A stretch of 64,000 nt of DNA. It comes from Eledone cirrhosa (lineage: Eukaryota). How positions within the stretch are numbered: position 1 is the first letter of the stretch; each line of letters opens with the position of its first letter. A program made the position numbers and the translations under genes. Below, in pieces: positions 55,704-64,000 of this stretch. The stretch spans positions 91,326,001 through 91,390,000 of the forward strand of contig OZ024741.1 in NCBI GenBank assembly GCA_964016885.1, read 5' to 3'. Under the pieces are notes generated by a model. The model was not told where the DNA came from and searched no databases. It saw only the letters and a program-made list of their open reading frames with translations.

Positions 55704-55868
55704 CTTTTTTTGTTTAATATAAGGAACTGTTTCATTGTTTTATTCATTATTTGTTTAATATTTTATATAAATATATATATATAAATATAAATATATATAC
55801 ATAAATATATATATATATAAGTATATATATATATAAATATACATAAATATATATATATATAAATATAC

Positions 55869-55903
<35 letters not shown>

Positions 55904-55984
55904 TACATAAATATATATATATATAAATATACATAAATATATATATATATAAATATACATAAATATATATATATATAAATATAC

Positions 55985-56146
<162 letters not shown>

Positions 56147-56354
56147 AATATATATATATATAAATATATATATATATTAAATATATATATAAATATATAT
56201 ATATATATAAATAAATATATATATAAATATATATATATATATAAATAAATATATAAATATATATATATATAAATAAATATATATATATATAAATATATAT
56301 ATAAATATAAATATATATATATATAAATATATACATATATATAAATATATATAT

Positions 56355-56387
<33 letters not shown>

Positions 56388-56440
56388 AATATATATATAT
56401 ACATAAATATATATATCAATATAAATATATATATATAAAT

Positions 56441-56555
<115 letters not shown>

Positions 56556-56556
56556 A

Positions 56557-56629
<73 letters not shown>

Positions 56630-56630
56630 A

Positions 56631-56779
<149 letters not shown>

Positions 56780-56967
56780 AATATATATATATATTTATAT
56801 ATAAATATATATATATATTTATATATAATTATATATATATATTTATATATAAATATATATATATAAGTATTGAAGTTTCCGTTGAAAATTGAAAAAGGCA
56901 TAGGAGCGAAGAGTGCTCTATGTAAGTACAAGAGCAAAATTTAATGTATAATAAACAATACAATATA

Positions 56968-57045
56968 ATTACCTCATTACCAGAGGTTTCCCGAATAAGA
57001 TGAATACGAAAGAAACGTCCTCATTCGTTCGTCGGACAAGGCAAT
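56968..57045 (-). ncRNA. Type-I hammerhead ribozyme, CCGACGA core variant
   Basis: Minus strand attgccttgt-CCGACGA-acgaatgagg...tcttattcgg-GAAACC-tct-GGTA-atgaggtaat. 10-bp stem I (3 GU), 9-bp stem II base, 3-bp stem III, GUA triplet. Confidence 0.78.
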
Positions 57046-57189
57046 ATAATAAACATAGTGAAATATTCTTTCCGTTTATCGTTTTCGGTGCACCCGGCCG
57101 ATTAACCCACTCGACATGCAAATTGGGCTACTCAGCCGTTAATATGCATAAGGTAAGTATATACGTTCAACAATCTGGCAGGAAGGTAT

Positions 57190-57232
57190 ACGTTGCTGAC
57201 GATAGCTAACAAGCTTGAAACTAGTACAGCGT
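57190..57232 (+). ncRNA. Minimal type-I hammerhead ribozyme in tandem unit 1
   Basis: acgttg-CTGACGA-tagc taacaa gctt-GAAAC-ta-GTA-cagcgt. 6-bp stem I, palindromic actagt stem III, GUA triplet at 57224-57226. Confidence 0.85.
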
Positions 57233-57611
57233 TCCTTTGTCAGTGTTGAACAAACGAGCAACGGTGGTTGCTAGACACTACGGCTTAATACGGAATGTTT
57301 GTTTACAAGCACACCGAGCATTATAATAAATGTTCGGTGAATCCATACGTGCATATATATATGTGTGCATGTATGTATATATATATATACATACTACTGT
57401 ACGTCGTTATACATATATGTATGCACGTGTACATACTTATATTTAAGTAACAGCCGTACTAAGAGTGGGAAATGAAATATCGTTTCATTTTTTCCGTTTA
57501 TCGTTTTCGGTGCACCCGGCCGATTAACCCACTCGATATGCAAAGTGGGCTACTCAGCCGTTAATATGCATAAGGTAAGTATATACGTTCAACAATCTGG
57601 CAGGAAGGTAT

Positions 57612-57654
57612 ACGTTGCTGACGATAGCTAACAAGCTTGACACTAGTACAGCGT
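57612..57654 (+). ncRNA. Second hammerhead of the tandem, GAAA-to-GACA core mutation
   Basis: Identical to 57190-57232 except GACA at 57639-57642; offset 422 bp. Confidence 0.7.
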
Positions 57655-57883
57655 TCCTTTGTCAGTGTTGAACAAACGAGCAACGGTGGTTGCTAGACAC
57701 TACGGCTTAATACGGGATGTTTGTTTACAAACACACCGAGCATTATAATAAATGTTCGGTGAATCCATACGTGCATATATATGTGTGTGTGCATGTATGT
57801 ATATATATATATACATACTACTGGACGTCGGTATACATATATGTATGTACGTGTACATACTTATATATATATATATATATATT

Positions 57884-57923
<40 letters not shown>

Positions 57924-57994
57924 TATATATATATTTATATATATCTATCTATAAATATATATATATATATATATTTATATATATCTATCTATAA

Positions 57995-58028
<34 letters not shown>

Positions 58029-58038
58029 CTATCTATAA

Positions 58039-58105
<67 letters not shown>

Positions 58106-58378
58106 GATAAATATATATATATATTTATATATATATAGATAAATATATATATATATATATATAGATAAATATATATATATATTTATATATAAATATATAT
58201 ATATATATTTATATATATATAGATAAATATATATATATATTTATATATAAATATATATATAAATATATATATATATTTATATATAAATATATATATATAT
58301 ATTTATATATAAATATATATATATATATTTATATATAAATATATATATATAAATATATATATATAAATATATAAATAT

Positions 58379-58431
<53 letters not shown>

Positions 58432-58641
58432 AATATATATATATATTTATATATAAATATATATATATATTTATATATAAATATATATATATATTTATAT
58501 ATAAATATATATATATATTTATATATAAATATATATATATATATTTATATTTAAATATATATATATATTTATATTTAAATATATATATATATTTATATAT
58601 AAATATATATATATATTTATATATAAATATATATATATATT

Positions 58642-58813
<172 letters not shown>

Positions 58814-58880
58814 AATATATATTTATATATAAATATATATATATATTTATATATAAATATAAATATATATTTATATATAA

Positions 58881-58957
<77 letters not shown>

Positions 58958-59064
58958 TATTTATATATATATATATTTATATATATACCAAATCAACTTT
59001 TTAAAAGGAAGTTGCATTATCACAAGGTATGTCACTAATTATTTATAAAACAGCTTATGTATTG

Positions 59065-59130
59065 TATTTTATCTGAGGAAGGCATAACATATTTTTAATA
59101 TGATATCCTAGAAATATATATAACGAAATA
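59065..59130 (+). ncRNA. Type-I hammerhead ribozyme, family A copy 2
   Basis: tattttat-CTGAGGA-aggcataacatatttttaatatgatatccta-GAAAT-atat-ATA-acgaaata. Homologous to 49353-49418, with some stem mismatches. Confidence 0.72.
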
Positions 59131-59208
59131 AATATGGTTTTATAAATATAAATATAGTTTCCATTTGTTTAATATCGTATAAATATATATATATATATAT
59201 ATATAAAT

Positions 59209-59239
<31 letters not shown>

Positions 59240-59392
59240 AATATATATAAATATATATATATATATAAATATATATATATATAAATATATATATATGTAT
59301 AAATATATATATATATATATATAAATATATATATGTAAATATATATATATATATATATATATTTTTATATATAAATATATATATTTATAAAT

Positions 59393-59427
<35 letters not shown>

Positions 59428-59488
59428 AATATATATAAATATATATATATATAAATATAAATATATATAAATATATATATATATAAAT

Positions 59489-59559
<71 letters not shown>

Positions 59560-59572
59560 AATATATATAAAT

Positions 59573-59603
<31 letters not shown>

Positions 59604-59630
59604 AATATATATATAAATATATATATAAAT

Positions 59631-59663
<33 letters not shown>

Positions 59664-59678
59664 AATATATATAAATAT

Positions 59679-59709
<31 letters not shown>

Positions 59710-59726
59710 AATATATATATAAATAT

Positions 59727-59757
<31 letters not shown>

Positions 59758-59872
59758 AATATATATATAAATATATATATATATAAATATATATAAATAT
59801 ATATATATATATAAATATATATATATATAAATATATATAAATATATATATATATATAAATATATATAAATAT

Positions 59873-59939
<67 letters not shown>

Positions 59940-59954
59940 AATATATATAAATAT

Positions 59955-60003
<49 letters not shown>

Positions 60004-60069
60004 AATATATATATAAATATATATATAAATATATATAAATATATATATATATAAATATATATATATATA

Positions 60070-60127
<58 letters not shown>

Positions 60128-60144
60128 AATATATATAAATATAT

Positions 60145-60225
<81 letters not shown>

Positions 60226-60226
60226 A

Positions 60227-60365
<139 letters not shown>

Positions 60366-60530
60366 AATATATATATATAAATATATATATATATAGCCGT
60401 CGGAACGGCTTGAGCTCAGCCGTCGGGGTCTTACTTGTTCCTATTACCCACTCTACTTCCCTAAGTATTGAGTACTTTGGTGCGTTATCGTCCACCTGGT
60501 TCCTTACCACATTTCCTTCGTTATATATAT

Positions 60531-60661
60531 ATATTCATTAGTTAAGCAAAACGAGACCACAAATTTCACAAGGAAGACATTATTAAAAGATTGTCAACAT
60601 ATCTTTTAATAATGTCTTCCTTGTGAAATTTGTGGTCTTGTTTTGCTTAACTAATGAATAT
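60531..60661. repeat. ~61-bp-arm hairpin palindrome
   Basis: atattcattagttaagc...aaaagat tgtcaacat atctttt...gcttaactaatgaatat. Confidence 0.93.
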
Positions 60662-60839
60662 TTCCAGCTCTGCGCACCTAACCTCCGCATGAACCCAGCC
60701 ATCTAGCTGATTTCTACTGCATATTGCACATTGAGCACATGCCTTCACGCTTTGGCTTCTAACTAACTCACCAATCTTTCCTCTCATATCTCCCCCACTA
60801 TCTCCATCTCTCTCTTGAAGATTGGTTACTCTTGAACTG

Positions 60840-61702
60840 TGTATAAATATATGTATATTTTATTATGCGCATTTCAAAAACAAACATCATCAAACAATAA
60901 TATTTGCGTTTTCATCAGATAAAACAGGAGAACATGATATGAAGGCTAAAAAACACTTGTTGATAGTGCAGTTTTAAATCAACATATGAAAAGTGGTTTT
61001 AGATTGATGTGTGATATTGGGAAAAATATTTTATTTAGAGAGGGGGGGGGGGGAGAAAAGGATGAAAAGGGAAGGAGATGAGAGGAGAGATGGGTGATAG
61101 AGAGAAAGAGATAGTTTTTATAACTGAGAGGAGATATATTTTATATAGAGGGGTTGAAAACCGTTGGAAGATACTGTATAAATTAAAAATTTTGAAAATT
61201 AACGAAGGGAGGATATGTGCGAGGAAAAAACATTTTATTTAGGGAGGGGGGGGGGGGTTGGAAAGGATGAAAAAAAGGGGAGGAGATGAGAGTGAAGGTG
61301 GAAAGGGAGAGATGGGTGATAGAGAGAAAGAGATAGTTTTTATAACTGAGAAAAAGATATAATGTTTTAATATAGAGAGGTTGGGAACCGTTGGAAGATA
61401 ATGTATAAATTAAAGGAATTTGAAAATTAACGAAGGGAAATTATGTATGAAGATAGAGAGAAAAAAAAATAATAATTGTGGGTGAATATTCTAACGTCAA
61501 AAGAAGAAATGTATGTATTGTGGGAATTTCAAAATTAGCAAAGAGAAAAAAAGTTTATGTGTAGAAGGATTTGAGAAAAATAATGTGAAGTTAAAGTTTG
61601 TATATTGAATTCATATGTATTAATAATGAGTTCGTTGATGGGAGAAAAAAATAATAATAAATTGAGGATGAAATTGAGATTAAAAAGATTTATGATAGAG
61701 AG

Positions 61703-61705
<3 letters not shown>
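60840..61705 (-). mobile_element. Penelope-type 3' UTR/pLTR segment with hammerhead and ~200-bp internal tandem duplication
   Basis: Hammerhead at 60858-60924; duplicated block at 61022-61210 and 61225-61438 (gagatgggtgatagagagaaagagatag...aaattaacgaaggga); architecture like 49222-49980. Confidence 0.55.
60858..60924 (-). ncRNA. Type-I hammerhead ribozyme with 36-nt stem II
   Basis: Minus strand ttttat-CTGATGA-aaacgcaaatattatt gttt gatgatgtttgttttt-GAAAT-gcgc-ATA-ataaaa. 6-bp stem I, 16-position stem II with one mismatch, palindromic atgcgcat stem III. Confidence 0.82.
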
Positions 61706-61752
<47 letters not shown>

Positions 61753-61815
61753 CATATATACATATATATACATATATATATATATATATACATATATATA
61801 CATATACATATATAC

Positions 61816-61852
<37 letters not shown>

Positions 61853-61909
61853 CATATATATATACATATATATATATACATATATATATACATATATATA
61901 TATATATAC

Positions 61910-61992
<83 letters not shown>

Positions 61993-61993
61993 C

Positions 61994-62026
<33 letters not shown>

Positions 62027-62027
62027 C

Positions 62028-62104
<77 letters not shown>

Positions 62105-62171
62105 CATATATATACATATATATATACATATATATACATATATATACATATATATATACATATATATATAC

Positions 62172-62204
<33 letters not shown>

Positions 62205-62284
62205 CATATATATACATATACATATATATATATATATACATATATAATATACATATATATATATATATATACATATATATATAC

Positions 62285-62315
<31 letters not shown>

Positions 62316-62374
62316 CATATATATACATATATATATATATATATACATATATATATACATATATATATATATAC

Positions 62375-62441
<67 letters not shown>

Positions 62442-62442
62442 C

Positions 62443-63346
<904 letters not shown>

Positions 63347-63367
63347 CATATATATATATAAATATAC

Positions 63368-63412
<45 letters not shown>

Positions 63413-63425
63413 TATATAAATATAC

Positions 63426-63512
<87 letters not shown>

Positions 63513-63537
63513 TATATAATATACATATATATATAAT

Positions 63538-63570
<33 letters not shown>

Positions 63571-63573
63571 ATA

Positions 63574-63773
63574 NNNNNNNNNNNNNNNNNNNNNNNNNNN
63601 NNNNNNNNNNNNNNNNNNNNNNNNNNNNNNNNNNNNNNNNNNNNNNNNNNNNNNNNNNNNNNNNNNNNNNNNNNNNNNNNNNNNNNNNNNNNNNNNNNNN
63701 NNNNNNNNNNNNNNNNNNNNNNNNNNNNNNNNNNNNNNNNNNNNNNNNNNNNNNNNNNNNNNNNNNNNNNNNN
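63574..63773. other. Assembly gap (200 N)
   Basis: Run of N. Confidence 0.99.
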
Positions 63774-63913
63774 ACTGTACACAATAATTTCATTATTATT
63801 ATTATTATATAAGAATTATCAAATTATAACTTTTGTTAATCATTAATTCGTCTGTCTACAATATATATATATACAATGATAATAAATGGAAACTATATTT
63901 ATAAAGCCATATT

Positions 63914-63974
63914 TATTCTATTATATATATTTGAAGGGTACCAAAACTTTGGTACGCCCTCATCAGATAAAATA
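63914..63974 (-). ncRNA. Type-I hammerhead ribozyme, family A copy 3, GAAA-to-CAAA mutation
   Basis: Minus strand tattttat-CTGATGA-gggcgtacca aagttt tggtaccctt-CAAAT-atat-ATA-atagaata; flanks homologous to 49305-49460. Confidence 0.7.
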
Positions 63975-64000
63975 CAAAGTTTGTTTTATAAATGTTGACA

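Larger units (their letters stand above)
57059..57865 (+). repeat. Direct tandem dimer, period 422 bp, one hammerhead per unit (pLTR/retrozyme-like)
   Basis: tttccgtttatcgttttcggtgcacccggccg at 57069 and 57491; units near-identical through gtgtacatactt. Confidence 0.92.

Overview
AT-rich, microsatellite-dense animal DNA; the repeat complement suggests an octopus or other coleoid cephalopod (inference). Most ORF-track entries are (TA)n/(CA)n artefacts. Host gene content is the last two coding exons of a minus-strand TMEM47/VAB-9-like (PMP22/claudin superfamily) gene at 15683-15832 and 12791-13077. The rest is transposon-derived: RTE LINEs, CR1-like and L1/Tx1-like remnants, tRNA-derived SINEs and TTAA-flanked piggyBac-type MITEs. 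There is also a 5'-truncated but otherwise open Penelope-like retroelement of the Naiad type (RT plus GIY-YIG, 49996-51870). The main finding, by manual folding, is 11 type-I hammerhead ribozyme motifs from about 7 sequence families, almost all in short unique islands inside (TA)n arrays; 9 lie between 48.6 and 64 kb around the Penelope ORF. Several have stem II expanded to 31-115 nt, one family shows stem II covariation, one sits in a 422-bp retrozyme-like tandem dimer, and one forms a head-to-head palindrome. Many fold-back inverted repeats also abut (TA)n tracts. No databases or folding software were used.
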